Shown in pieces: positions 1-10,336 of a DNA stretch of 64,000 nt. Source of the DNA: an uncultured cyanobacterium (GTDB taxonomy: Bacteria; Cyanobacteriota; Cyanobacteriia; CAKZMO01); NCBI GenBank assembly GCA_963719515.1, contig CAVRCJ010000008.1:32001-96000 (forward strand), in the 5' to 3' direction. The position numbers and the translations under genes are program-made. The notes beneath the pieces were generated by a model. That model saw only the letters and a list, made by a program, of their open reading frames with translations. It did no database searches and was not told the DNA's origin. How positions within the stretch are numbered: position 1 is the first letter of the stretch; every line of letters starts with the position of its first letter.

Positions 1-1878
1 CAAAGCGACAGAGCAAATAGTGGCCCATCGACCTATCACCTGCAGGACGATGACCAACTGTGCTTCATTCATATCCCTAAGACGGCAGGGACAACGCTCA
101 CCTCAATCCTAGACTCCAAATTTGACCGAGACAGAATTTGCCCCGAGCATCGCCTGATCGAGCTCCGGGACTATCCTGCTGAGAAAGTCGCGGCCTATCG
201 CCTTTTTAGAGGCCACTTCTCCCACGACATTAGCCTACTGCTGCCGCAATGGTCTGAAGACCAGCCTGAACGGTCACTGCCCTACCTCGTCACGATGCTG
301 CGGGATCCCGTCGAGCGGGTAATTTCGGCCTACGAGTTCATGAAGACCTGCATCATCATCCATCCCCAAGCGGCGGTCACCCAGCACAAGGCCCGCACCC
401 TACCGCTCAAAGACTACATCCGCGACCCCGACGTCTCCGGCGTCATCAATGCCCAAACCCGTCAGCTCGCCGGGCGGGCCTGGCGGGGAGAAGCCCGCTC
501 GGCCCACAGCGACTGGCTCGACGCGGCTCGGGCTCACCTGGAAGGGTTTGCGTTCGTCGGCCTCACAGAGCGCTTCAACGACTCTATGGATTTGCTGAAC
601 TATACCTTTGGCTGGTCGCCGCTACAGCAGGTGCAGCAGCTGATGGTTGGCAGCAAAACGCTAAAGCGAGAGCAGCTGACGGCAGAAGAGCTAGAGGTGA
701 TTCTAGAGCACAACCAGCTGGACATGGCGCTCTATGACTCCGCGAAAACCCTCTTTGAGGCGCGCCACCAGAGCATGCTGGAGCGGCTTCACGCCCTGAG
801 CGGCCCGCGAGATGCCAGCGCTCCTACCCGCTCACCCATAGACAACACCTACCGGCAGCAGCTAGAGCAGCATTACGAAACCTGCTTCACCCAGACGCTG
901 CCGCCCCCTACCCATCGGCTCACCTTTACGTTTGAGCAGGGCTTTTCTGGTTCTGGATGGCACGGCTGGGAGGGAGAAGAGCGCCATCTACCCTTCCGCT
1001 GGACTGGACCTGGGCCCGAGTCAACCCTCGACTTTCCACCCCTGATTCCCGACGATTATGCCATTGAGATTCGGGTCATCAACGCCATCACGCCTGAGGT
1101 GTTGAGCAGCCTGACGCTGCAGTTCAACGAGACGCCGCTGCACCTGTTCACCCTCTACTGCGACACAGACACAGCTATCTTGCGCGGCACCATTCCCAAG
1201 CCGGCTGTTAAGGCTCCGTTTGCGCGGCTGATGTTTTGCGTCAGCCACACTCAGTCCTTTAAAGCAGTAGACCCCACCGTGACAGACCGGCGGCGAGTTG
1301 GGGTTGCCATTGACCTGGTGCAAATTTTTCCTGTGGGCGATCGCCCTACTATCGATGCCACGGCCTTCTTGTTTAAGGAGGCTCCTCAACCTTGGCAGGA
1401 GGTTGAGGACTTTTTGCGTCAGCACCTCAAACCGGGGGAAAAGATCTTCGCCCCCAACCTGTTTCGCTTTACCTTTGGCGACGCTATGCCCAGCGAAACC
1501 TCGATTCCCTCCGGGCGCATCGCCAACTACGGCGATGCCCAAGTCGACCCGGCAGTCTACCAGTGGGCAGTGCTCCACAAAGGCATGCAGAACGAAACGG
1601 GACCAGTTTTTCTGCGGCTGCTGGCTTCACCCTTTCGGCCCGTCTTGGCCAACGAGGTCTTCACCTTATTTTCCAGCCGGCCTGGGCTATCTAAGCTCAG
1701 CTACACCACACCCCACGTGCGCTATGCCTATACAGGCTACGTCAAACATCTTGTTGCCCAGTCCGTCACCGCGATCTCAGAGTCCATCACCCGGAAGAGC
1801 AAAGGGTGGGCTAAAGCTCTGCTAGGGCCCACGCTAGAGCGACGGGCTACCGACTGGTGGGGGCGAATCACCCGCTAA
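1..1878 (+). CDS. Sulfotransferase family 2 domain protein with C-terminal extension (5' end lies before the window)
   Basis: Frame is open from base 1 and reads ...CFIHIPKTAGTT (5'-PSB PAPS-binding motif), then LRDPVERVISAY (3'-PB motif). The ORF track start at 295 is internal. Confidence 0.85.
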   Translation, partial: QSDRANSGPSTYHLQDDDQLCFIHIPKTAGTTLTSILDSKFDRDRICPEHRLIELRDYPAEKVAAYRLFRGHFSHDISLLLPQWSEDQPERSLPYLVTMLRDPVERVISAYEFMKTCIIIHPQAAVTQHKARTLPLKDYIRDPDVSGVINAQTRQLAGRAWRGEARSAHSDWLDAARAHLEGFAFVGLTERFNDSMDLLNYTFGWSPLQQVQQLMVGSKTLKREQLTAEELEVILEHNQLDMALYDSAKTLFEARHQSMLERLHALSGPRDASAPTRSPIDNTYRQQLEQHYETCFTQTLPPPTHRLTFTFEQGFSGSGWHGWEGEERHLPFRWTGPGPESTLDFPPLIPDDYAIEIRVINAITPEVLSSLTLQFNETPLHLFTLYCDTDTAILRGTIPKPAVKAPFARLMFCVSHTQSFKAVDPTVTDRRRVGVAIDLVQIFPVGDRPTIDATAFLFKEAPQPWQEVEDFLRQHLKPGEKIFAPNLFRFTFGDAMPSETSIPSGRIANYGDAQVDPAVYQWAVLHKGMQNETGPVFLRLLASPFRPVLANEVFTLFSSRPGLSKLSYTTPHVRYAYTGYVKHLVAQSVTAISESITRKSKGWAKALLGPTLERRATDWWGRITR

Positions 1879-1886
1879 CGGCACCT

Positions 1887-2582
1887 ATGATTATTTCCCA
1901 TAAGCACCGCTTTATCTTCATTAAGACGATGAAGACGGCTAGCACCAGTCTGGAGGTGTTTCTCTCTCAGTACTGCGGCGATCGCGGCGTCGTGACGCCC
2001 ATCTACCCCCCGGTGACGCCCCACCAGGCCCAAAACTACCAGTCGCAGTTCAACCCCTTGCCGGAGCTGTGGCTGCGGCAGAGGTACCGCCAACCCCTCC
2101 AGCCTGCCTGGAGCGACTACCGGACCCAGAACCGGTTTTATAATCACCTGCCGGCTTGGGCTATTCGGGCCAGGGTGCCCCGCAGCATTTGGCGGACCTA
2201 CTTCACGTTTTGCGTCGAGCGCAACCCCTGGGATAAAACTCTGTCGTATTACCACATGCGGCGCTACGACAGTAAACAGCCCCTCACCTTAGACCAGCAC
2301 CTCAAGGGCGGCGATTTTTGCCTCAATCACCCCTACTACACGGACATCGCGGGCGATCGCATCATCGTTGATCGGGTGGTGCGCTACGAAACGCTCTCCC
2401 AGGAGCTCAAGGAAGTCTGTCAGCGCTTGAACATTCCGTTCAGCGGCTCTCTCGACATTCGGGCCAAGGCCGACCGCCGCAACGACTACCGTCCCTATCG
2501 GCAAATCTATACCCCACAGCAGCGTCAGCTCATTGAACGCATTTTCGCAAAGGAGATTGAGCTTCATGGCTACCAATTCTAG
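1887..2582 (+). CDS. Sulfotransferase family 2 protein
   Basis: MIISHKHRFIFIKTMKTASTS and ERNPWDKTLSYY motifs; ATG at 1887 just after the upstream stop. Confidence 0.85.
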   Translation: MIISHKHRFIFIKTMKTASTSLEVFLSQYCGDRGVVTPIYPPVTPHQAQNYQSQFNPLPELWLRQRYRQPLQPAWSDYRTQNRFYNHLPAWAIRARVPRSIWRTYFTFCVERNPWDKTLSYYHMRRYDSKQPLTLDQHLKGGDFCLNHPYYTDIAGDRIIVDRVVRYETLSQELKEVCQRLNIPFSGSLDIRAKADRRNDYRPYRQIYTPQQRQLIERIFAKEIELHGYQF

Positions 2583-3648
2583 GATAGGCAAAGCGGCTCT
2601 CTCAGATAGCCCGGCGGCTCCCCCCTCTCCCGACGCTTCTTCAGACAAAACCCTAATTTTTCTCCACATTCCCAAAGCGGCAGGCACCACGATGGCCAGC
2701 ATCCTTACGGGCCACTACGGCAGCAAGGCGACCTATCGCACCCGGATGAACGCCTTTAAGCACATGCAGGCCCTGCCGGAAAACGAGCGGCGGCGGCTGC
2801 GCCTGGTTCACGGCCACATGCCCTTTGGCATTCACCAGTATCTGCCCCAGCCCTCGGTTTACTTTACGCTGCTGCGGCACCCCGTCGAGCGGGTCATCTC
2901 CCACTACTATTTTGTGCTCAAAAGCCCCAGCCATCCGGGCTATCCCATTGCCCGAGCGGCCCGCAGCGTGGCTGAATACGTCGGCTGCGGACTGCAGAAG
3001 CAGACCAACAACGTTCAGACTCGTCACCTCTCGGGGGTCAGCGGCACCGTGGGGTTTGACGAATGCACCCGGCAGCACCTGCGGCTGGCCCAGCAGCACC
3101 TCGACACCGCCTTCGCGGTAGCAGGAACCTCAGAACAATTTGACGCTACGCTGCTGCTGCTGGGCCAGCACTTAGGCTGGTCGCCCTCCCCCTACCCCAA
3201 ACTCAACGTCAACGCTCAGCGCCCCCCACAACAGCAGATCTCTCCCGGAGCGATCGCCATCATCGAGCGCTATAACGCCCTCGACCTAGAGCTTTACCAC
3301 AGCGTACAGACGCGGCTCAACCGGCAAATCGCGGCCCAGGGCAGCGCCTTCCAGCAGGCCCTGCAGGCGTTTCAGCAAAAGAATATCCGCTACGGGGAAG
3401 CGCTACGGCACCCTGCTCCTGACGCAGCCGTCCCCCCAATAAGCTCCCACCACCCTGCCCCCTCCGAGCTGGCGCGGGTCAAAGCGCAGCTGCAGGCGGT
3501 CACTCAGCGGGCTGAGGCTTCGGAGGCGCTGCAGCAGCGAACCCAGCGCCAGCTGCGCAAAGCCTTGTCTACTCTGACCGACATGCGCAGCAGCCGGCTC
3601 TGGCAGGCGGGGCAGCGCGTCAGGTCACTGAGCCGCTGGCGCGGGTAG
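2566..3648 (+). CDS. Sulfotransferase family 2 protein with C-terminal coiled coil
   Basis: LIFLHIPKAAGTT and LRHPVERVISHYY motifs; overlaps the upstream stop (operon-like). Confidence 0.85.
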   Translation: MATNSRIGKAALSDSPAAPPSPDASSDKTLIFLHIPKAAGTTMASILTGHYGSKATYRTRMNAFKHMQALPENERRRLRLVHGHMPFGIHQYLPQPSVYFTLLRHPVERVISHYYFVLKSPSHPGYPIARAARSVAEYVGCGLQKQTNNVQTRHLSGVSGTVGFDECTRQHLRLAQQHLDTAFAVAGTSEQFDATLLLLGQHLGWSPSPYPKLNVNAQRPPQQQISPGAIAIIERYNALDLELYHSVQTRLNRQIAAQGSAFQQALQAFQQKNIRYGEALRHPAPDAAVPPISSHHPAPSELARVKAQLQAVTQRAEASEALQQRTQRQLRKALSTLTDMRSSRLWQAGQRVRSLSRWRG

Positions 3649-3747
3649 TGCTCCGCACCCGCAGGCTCTGCTCTTAAAGGCGAACAAAAATTGCTGCTGG
3701 CGATCGCTCGGTTGGCCAGTCAAATTTAGACGCGGTAAAATCGAACG

Positions 3748-5295
3748 ATGCGAACTCCTAAGCTATTTTCGTATCCCCTCGACCGCGCGGCGGCGATCGC
3801 CATCCTCGTCCTAGTCATCACCGTCACCGGTGTGGTTCTGTTTGCCCAGCAGCCAGCCCCCGCCGTGCGGGAGTTTAGCTGGCAAGACAAGCTCGTCGGG
3901 GCCGAGGACCAGGCTTTCTTTCTTACCTTTAGTCGGCCCATGGACCACAAGGCCGTCGAGGAACACCTAGCGCTCAAGGCCATCATCTCGGAGAATGACC
4001 AGCAGGTTATCCCCGGAAAGGCGAGCTGGGCCGGTCGACGCATGGCCTACACGCTCCTTGCTCCCGCTCCCTATGGCTATCCCTACAGCCTGACCGTAGA
4101 GCGAGCTTGGGACCGCTTCAGCAGCGACCGCGCCGACCCCGAGCAGATGCTTGTCCCCTTCGAGGGCCACTTTCGCACCCGCGATCGCGCCTTTCTTTAC
4201 CTGGGGACCAAGGGCGAGGAATCGGGCCGCATTGTTCTCTACAACCTAACCCGCAAGGAGAAGCGGGCTCTCACCCCAGAAACCCTGGTGGTGATGGACT
4301 ACGAGCCCTACCCCGATGGCGATCGCGTCCTATTTTCGGCGGTGGAGAGAGCCTCCCGCGATCAGGGATTGCTCAGCCAGCAGCTCTACGTTGCCACCAC
4401 TGGCGTCAAGGCCGTCGATCCTGCCATGACTCCCGGCGCTCAGAATGAAGCGGCGGCCTTCCCGCTAACCAGCGACGTGCAGCTTTTACTGGATAGCGAC
4501 GAATACCAGAACCTTAAATTTGACCTATCTCCCGATGGCCAGACTATCGTCGTCTACCGCGTCAACCGGCAAAACCCCAGCGACTTTGGTCTCTGGACCC
4601 TGCGGGTGGAAGCAGACGGGACGCCGGCCCTGACGCCGCTGCCCGCCGAGCCGGGAGGTGATTTCCTCATTACTCCTGACAGTCAGGCCATTGCCTATCT
4701 ACAGGGACAGGGTATGGCGCTGCTCTCTCTCAGCGAGGACAGTGCAGAGACCCTCGATTTCTTACCCCAATACGGCCTAGTGCTCGACTTTGCCCCAGAC
4801 GGCACCGCTGCCGCTCTAGTCCGGTTTGACGCCGACCCCACCGAGCCGACCCAATCGCTGTTTCTCGTCACCAATCAGGGTGAGGAGGAAAATCTGCTTT
4901 CGGTGCCGGGAGCGATCGTAGACGCCCAGTTTTCGCCGACTGGGGACTACCTCTACGGCATTGTGACCGAGCGTCTACCCGGCGATGTCTATGCCGAACA
5001 GCCCTACCTGATAGCGATTGATCTCGAAACGGGCGATCGTAGCGACTTACTGCTGCTGCCGGCGCAGCCCAACATTAAAATGAGCCTCGCGCCGGATGGG
5101 CTAGGGCTTTTATTTGACCAAATTACAACGGCCGTCAGCGCCGACCCTGCAGGCTTACGCAGCACCGACGGCAACGTGATTGCTGACAGTACACTGTGGT
5201 TTTTCCCGATTTTGTTCGACGAGGGCGGTACACCCTTACAGGCAGACCCCAACGAGCTGCCGACCGCCGGATTCTATCCGCAGTGGCTCCCCTAG
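3748..5295 (+). CDS. Conserved cyanobacterial membrane-anchored protein (Ig-like plus TolB-like beta-propeller repeats)
   Basis: N-terminal TM helix, LTFSRPMD motif, repeated SPDG/TPDS/APDG propeller turns. Confidence 0.65.
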   Translation: MRTPKLFSYPLDRAAAIAILVLVITVTGVVLFAQQPAPAVREFSWQDKLVGAEDQAFFLTFSRPMDHKAVEEHLALKAIISENDQQVIPGKASWAGRRMAYTLLAPAPYGYPYSLTVERAWDRFSSDRADPEQMLVPFEGHFRTRDRAFLYLGTKGEESGRIVLYNLTRKEKRALTPETLVVMDYEPYPDGDRVLFSAVERASRDQGLLSQQLYVATTGVKAVDPAMTPGAQNEAAAFPLTSDVQLLLDSDEYQNLKFDLSPDGQTIVVYRVNRQNPSDFGLWTLRVEADGTPALTPLPAEPGGDFLITPDSQAIAYLQGQGMALLSLSEDSAETLDFLPQYGLVLDFAPDGTAAALVRFDADPTEPTQSLFLVTNQGEEENLLSVPGAIVDAQFSPTGDYLYGIVTERLPGDVYAEQPYLIAIDLETGDRSDLLLLPAQPNIKMSLAPDGLGLLFDQITTAVSADPAGLRSTDGNVIADSTLWFFPILFDEGGTPLQADPNELPTAGFYPQWLP

Positions 5296-5307
5296 AGAGT
5301 TTGGTAT

Positions 5308-5342
5308 AAAATAAACCCCCTCTGCAAGATCTACAGAGGGGG
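5308..5342 (-). terminator. GC-rich hairpin; U-tract on the minus strand
   Basis: ccccctctg (5316-5324) / cagaggggg (5334-5342) perfect stem, preceded on + by aaaataaa. Confidence 0.55.
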
Positions 5343-5539
5343 AATCGATCGCTTACCTGTGTCCTAGACAGTGATAACACGGCTTTTGTGCCTGTGATAT
5401 CAGTACTTTCCGCAGATCAAACCCTCTTCACATTTGTCACAAAAACTACTAGGCAACCTTACACACCATTTCGTCAAGACCTACGTTCACAAAAGTTAGA
5501 CAAGGTCTGTCCGACTGACGTTAGGCTAGTAAGGTGTGA

Positions 5540-5899
<360 letters not shown>

Positions 5900-5926
5900 G
5901 CGCTCACGAGCTGAAAAGAGCGCCTT

Positions 5927-6895
5927 CTAGCCCAGCAGCTCAATCGCTGCCGGCTTGACCATCGCCAACGTCGCCTCTACTGGTGACAGTTTTAGCACTT
6001 GGGCGATCGCCCGGCGACGGCGCTCTTGGTCATCCCGAATAGACCACAGCCTGTTGCCCAAGCCCGGAGCATCCCACTCCCCAGTTTCCGGGTTGATGTA
6101 CGACCAGGTGCGGGCCCATAGAATTGCATCAGCTCCGCGCAGGCCTTTGTCGTAAGCCTCCACCAGTCGGTCAATGTATCCCCCTTCGCCCAGAGCCGCT
6201 TCAGGAGCCTGGTTGGCCAGGTCAATGCCGTTTAGCTCTTCCTCCAGTCCCAAGGTCATGTTAAAGCTGGCGGCGCGCTCCCGCATCAGCACGGTCTGCC
6301 TTTGAAGACGCTGCAGCTGCTTGCGATCGGCCTCCTCCGGAGAGCTCGCGCTGTGCTGATAGGAAAAGCTGCCCAAGTTCCAGACGCCATTTCCGGGGTC
6401 GGTGTGGCCGTAATAGGCCTGAGTTTTCTCACCGCCCGCCGCTCGGGTGCCCTCAGCATGGCCGACCGTCCTCGCCACCAGGGAGTCTGGGCCACCCTCA
6501 AACAGGGCCTCCAAAGAGAGGTCTGGGGCAGGGCGTGCCCCAATTACGCCCGGCAGGGCTGGCGCTTGAGCCCCATTCTCAGGCTCAAAAACCGTTTCCT
6601 CAAGCTTAGGTGGGGCCTGGGGCTGAACAACTTCCGCCACCTCCCGCTGGTCTTGAAAATAGCCCAGCGCCCCCGTTATGGCTTGGTAAGGCACTGTAAC
6701 AAACGCCAAAAAGATGCCGACCGCCGCTAGCCACGAGGGAAACAGGCCCACCGGATCAGCGGTGTAGTGAATATTGAGGTTGGGGGTCAGGGAGTGGAAA
6801 TTTAGGGAGAGGTCAAGGAGGAGCACAGGCGTTAGTTCAGGTGACAGCAGCGGCGAATCGAGAGCCCCAGGTGAGGCCAGCAGAGCCAAACCCAA
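5927..6895 (-). CDS. Hypothetical membrane-anchored protein, possible lysozyme-like domain (start uncertain)
   Basis: Long ORF with a hydrophobic segment followed by VGHAEGT...YYGHTDPGN...NLGSFSYQH. Confidence 0.6.
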   Translation of the reverse strand: MGLALLASPGALDSPLLSPELTPVLLLDLSLNFHSLTPNLNIHYTADPVGLFPSWLAAVGIFLAFVTVPYQAITGALGYFQDQREVAEVVQPQAPPKLEETVFEPENGAQAPALPGVIGARPAPDLSLEALFEGGPDSLVARTVGHAEGTRAAGGEKTQAYYGHTDPGNGVWNLGSFSYQHSASSPEEADRKQLQRLQRQTVLMRERAASFNMTLGLEEELNGIDLANQAPEAALGEGGYIDRLVEAYDKGLRGADAILWARTWSYINPETGEWDAPGLGNRLWSIRDDQERRRRAIAQVLKLSPVEATLAMVKPAAIELLG

Positions 6896-7035
6896 AACGC
6901 CACGCGCCCACCTTAACGGCTACATCAGTGGAGACATCACCACCCTGCTATAGATTTTTTCCGGATGTCATCGATCCACGATAGCCTGAGAAAGGCATCC
7001 TCACTTTATCAATTCGCGGGGTCAGCACATTCGCC

Positions 7036-7914
7036 ATGGTAGTCAAACCCATCATCCCCAAGCGCTTCAGCTTCTGGCAGCTTAGTCTGTCGCGGCAGAT
7101 GATGTGGGCTGGCGTCGCCATTACGGTACTGTACGTGGCGATCGCCCTCTTCGCGCCGCTGCTTCAGCAGGTCGGACTGCTGCAAGACCCAACGGCATCG
7201 CTAATCAACCCCATCCATGAGCCCCCTTCCGCAAACTACTGGTTTGGCACCACCCGCCAGGGCTACGACGTCTTTTCAAGAACCCTATTCGGAACCCAGG
7301 CCGCGCTTAAAGTGGTGCTGCTGGCCACGACGCTGAGCCTGTTTGTGGGCGTGCCGCTGGGTATGGTCAGTGGCTATCTAGGGGGCCGACTCGACCGCAC
7401 GCTGCTGTTCTTTATGGATACTATCTATACGCTGCCGGGGCTGTTGCTGTCGGTGACCCTAGCGTTCATCGTGGGGCGGGGGGTCTCCAATGCGGCGATC
7501 GCCCTCAGCATTGCCTACATTCCGCAGTACTACCGGGTGGTGCGCAACCACACTGTCAGCGTCAAGTCAGAGCTGTTTATCGAAGCAGCCCAGGCCATGG
7601 GGGCCTCCACCTGGGCCGTGCTGTCCCGCTATATCTCATTAAATGTGGTGCAGAGCGTCCCCGTCTTGTTTACCCTCAACGCCGCCGATGCCGTACTCGT
7701 GCTGGGCGGCCTGGGCTTTTTGGGGCTCGGCCTCCCGGACCAGACGCCCGAATGGGGGCAGGACCTGCGGCAGGCGCTAGATGCCCTGCCTACCGGTATT
7801 TGGTGGACGGCTCTGTTTCCGGGCTTGGCGCTGACGGGGCTGGTTGTCGGGCTGTCGCTGCTCGGGGAAGGGCTCAACGAGCTGGTCAACCCACTGCTTC
7901 GCAAAGAAGAGTAG
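7036..7914 (+). CDS. dppC: Peptide/nickel ABC transporter permease (DppC/OppC family)
   Basis: WFGTTRQGYDVFSR, EAA loop (FIEAAQAMGAS), PEWG motif. Confidence 0.9.
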   Translation: MVVKPIIPKRFSFWQLSLSRQMMWAGVAITVLYVAIALFAPLLQQVGLLQDPTASLINPIHEPPSANYWFGTTRQGYDVFSRTLFGTQAALKVVLLATTLSLFVGVPLGMVSGYLGGRLDRTLLFFMDTIYTLPGLLLSVTLAFIVGRGVSNAAIALSIAYIPQYYRVVRNHTVSVKSELFIEAAQAMGASTWAVLSRYISLNVVQSVPVLFTLNAADAVLVLGGLGFLGLGLPDQTPEWGQDLRQALDALPTGIWWTALFPGLALTGLVVGLSLLGEGLNELVNPLLRKEE

Positions 7915-8230
7915 CGATCGCCCCCTCAGCGAGCCCCTCAACGAGAATGCTGGGCTTTGGCGCTACCGCTTTCCCAAATGCAGAGTTAACCCAGTGGCCT
8001 AATTTTTCGCTCACGTAGCGCAAAAACGCGTAGGCTTGCCCGGAGGGCAGGCGCAGCTTTTCGCCCTGGTATTCAATAATGTAGTCCCCCATAACCTCAG
8101 GGCAGGCGGTACAGGTCAGGGCCTCTTTATTGAGGGTATCGACACTCAGCTTCAGTATCTCCTGGCTTAGCCAAGCCTCAAAGTCTTGCATCAGCGGTAG
8201 TTTCTGCTGGTCTGTAGACGGCTGGCTCAT
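7886..8230 (-). CDS. Hypothetical protein
   Basis: ATG at 8230 with AGGAGG RBS; plausible composition; no recognised motif. Confidence 0.55.
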   Translation of the reverse strand: MSQPSTDQQKLPLMQDFEAWLSQEILKLSVDTLNKEALTCTACPEVMGDYIIEYQGEKLRLPSGQAYAFLRYVSEKLGHWVNSAFGKAVAPKPSILVEGLAEGAIATLLCEAVG

Positions 8231-8414
8231 AGATGTCCTCCTGCGATCGCTGAATTGGCTCACGAAACCATGATCTCAGATTACGAGGAGTCGATGAGAT
8301 TCAGCTAGGCAAAGGCTGTGCTGGTCTCATGCTGGTTTACTTAAAGGGGCCAAAGATGTCGGTCCGGCCTATGCCTATAGACTTACCCAAATGTGAACAG
8401 AAGCTTAAAGCAGC

Positions 8415-8454
8415 GTTACAATCGCTTTACTTTCCTTAACAACTCTGGTAGTAT
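8415..8454 (+). promoter_or_regulatory. psbA promoter (-35 TTTACT, 17 nt, -10 TAGTAT) with upstream GTTACAAT HLR1/RpaB-like half-site
   Basis: gttacaat 8415-8422, tttact 8426-8431, tagtat 8449-8454; resembles cyanobacterial psbA promoters. Confidence 0.55.
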
Positions 8455-8525
8455 TAAATCAGTGGGAGAAACAAAAGGAAACAAACCCACAATACATACA
8501 CTTTCAATAAGGCACTCATTACCTC

Positions 8526-9587
8526 ATGACTACTACCCTACAGCAGCGCTCTAGCGCTAACGTATGGCAGCAGTTCTGCGAGTGGGTCACCAGCACCAAC
8601 AACCGCCTCTACGTAGGCTGGTTCGGCGTCCTGATGATTCCGACTCTCTTAGCTGCTACCACCTGCTTCCTCATCGCCTTCGTGGCGGCTCCTCCCGTTG
8701 ACATCGACGGCATCCGCGAGCCTGTTGCAGGTTCACTGATGTACGGCAACAACATCATCTCTGGTGCAATTGTTCCGTCATCCAACGCCATCGGTCTACA
8801 CTTCTACCCCATCTGGGAAGCAGCATCACTCGACGAGTGGCTGTACAACGGCGGACCTTACCAGCTGGTGGTATTCCACTTCCTGATTGGCGTCTTCTGC
8901 TACATGGGCCGCGAGTGGGAACTATCCTACCGTCTGGGCATGCGCCCTTGGATTTGCGTTGCTTACTCTGCACCTGTTGCAGCGGCATCTGCAGTCTTCC
9001 TCATCTACCCGATTGGTCAGGGTTCATTCTCTGACGGCATGCCTCTGGGCATCTCGGGTACGTTCAACTTCATGTTCGTGTTCCAGGCCGAGCACAACAT
9101 CCTGATGCACCCCTTCCACATGCTGGGTGTGGCAGGCGTCTTCGGCGGAGCGCTGTTCAGCGCGATGCACGGTTCACTGGTGACCTCTTCACTGGTGCGA
9201 GAGACGACCGAGTCTGAGTCGCAGAACTACGGCTACAAGTTCGGGCAAGAGGAAGAGACCTACAACATCGTTGCAGCGCACGGCTACTTCGGCCGCCTCA
9301 TCTTCCAATATGCATCGTTCAACAACTCCCGCGCACTACACTTCTTCTTGGGCGCATGGCCTGTGGTAGGCATCTGGTTCACGGCGCTGGGCATCAGCAC
9401 GATGGCGTTCAACCTGAACGGGTTCAACTTCAACCAGTCTGTTCTAGACAGCCAGGGCCGGGTCATCAACACCTGGGCGGACATCATCAACCGTGCCAAC
9501 CTGGGTATGGAAGTGATGCACGAGCGCAACGCTCACAACTTCCCGCTTGACCTTGCTGCTGCTGAGGCTCCTGCTATCAACGGCTAG
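8526..9587 (+). CDS. psbA: Photosystem II reaction centre D1 protein (E130, high-light-type form)
   Basis: Unmistakable D1 sequence ([15 protein letters not shown] ... [13 protein letters not shown]); MGREWE gives Glu130; Mn-cluster ligands intact. Confidence 0.99.
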   Translation: MTTTLQQRSSANVWQQFCEWVTSTNNRLYVGWFGVLMIPTLLAATTCFLIAFVAAPPVDIDGIREPVAGSLMYGNNIISGAIVPSSNAIGLHFYPIWEAASLDEWLYNGGPYQLVVFHFLIGVFCYMGREWELSYRLGMRPWICVAYSAPVAAASAVFLIYPIGQGSFSDGMPLGISGTFNFMFVFQAEHNILMHPFHMLGVAGVFGGALFSAMHGSLVTSSLVRETTESESQNYGYKFGQEEETYNIVAAHGYFGRLIFQYASFNNSRALHFFLGAWPVVGIWFTALGISTMAFNLNGFNFNQSVLDSQGRVINTWADIINRANLGMEVMHERNAHNFPLDLAAAEAPAING

Positions 9588-9616
9588 GACTCCTCACTCA
9601 GCTAAGCTGAGCTAGC

Positions 9617-9649
9617 AAAAGCGCCTCCCGCTGCGGGGGGCGCTTTTTT
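9617..9649. terminator. Bidirectional intrinsic terminator after psbA
   Basis: aaaagcgcctccc-gctgc-ggggggcgctttttt. Confidence 0.85.
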
Positions 9650-9677
9650 GTATTGCTATCGGGATGTTTCTAACGGG

Positions 9678-10031
9678 CTAGCGCGGCTTTTGGGGCAGCG
9701 AGACCCGCTTGGTGAGAATGCGCATGACGTCGGTGGGGGTGAGGCCGCGCAGGCCCATGTTGGTGTTGCTGAGGGGAATGGGGTCAGACCATTCGTCGGG
9801 GCGGGCGTAGCTGAGCTTGTGCAAGGTGTCGCGGCAGTTGTTGACCGCGTAGAGGGAGCCGACGGCGATCAGCCGCAGGGTGTGGTAGCCGGTTTCGCTA
9901 TGGTCTCCGATTTGGTAGTCGCCGGTTTGGGGGTTGATGCCGAGGTCGTAGGCGGGCTGGGGGGTGTTGCCGGGTGCGGCCAAGGCGCGGCTGTGGTCAG
10001 CGCTGGGCTGGCCGGAGAGGTTATCTGTCAT
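9678..10031 (-). CDS. Small hypothetical protein (cyanobacterial family with GS..AV....LH.L.YA...EWS.P.P motif)
   Basis: 117 aa; AGGAG RBS 11 nt before the ATG; ends at the psbA bidirectional terminator. Confidence 0.75.
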   Translation of the reverse strand: MTDNLSGQPSADHSRALAAPGNTPQPAYDLGINPQTGDYQIGDHSETGYHTLRLIAVGSLYAVNNCRDTLHKLSYARPDEWSDPIPLSNTNMGLRGLTPTDVMRILTKRVSLPQKPR

Positions 10032-10210
10032 TTTGGGGTTGTCTCCTAGATTTGCTTTTGAAGTAGGAAAGACAACCCAAACGCTCAGCCACCCCGCAAA
10101 TTAAGGCGAGGTGGCTAGTCTGGGATAAAATCCCATTAGCTCTCGCTGGTTAGGTCAGCGGGGGTTAGCCGTCTGGAAGTGGTGACAACACGACCAGGCG
10201 GCGCGGCTAA
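10032..10210 (-). promoter_or_regulatory. Highly structured 5' leader (five hairpins, RBS sequestered, 11-aa uORF)
   Basis: Inverted repeats at 10035-10078, 10087-10116, 10121-10135, 10137-10167, 10168-10202. Confidence 0.6.
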
Positions 10211-10336
10211 ATATTTGGGGTGTCGGAATCTGGACGCGGTGTGATTTGCGTCCATGGCTTGGCATGGTAGCGGAGTTTGAGGCCTGGTGCAACCGTATGG
10301 CGGGAAAATGTTTTTTGAGTAGACAGCCCATACGCC

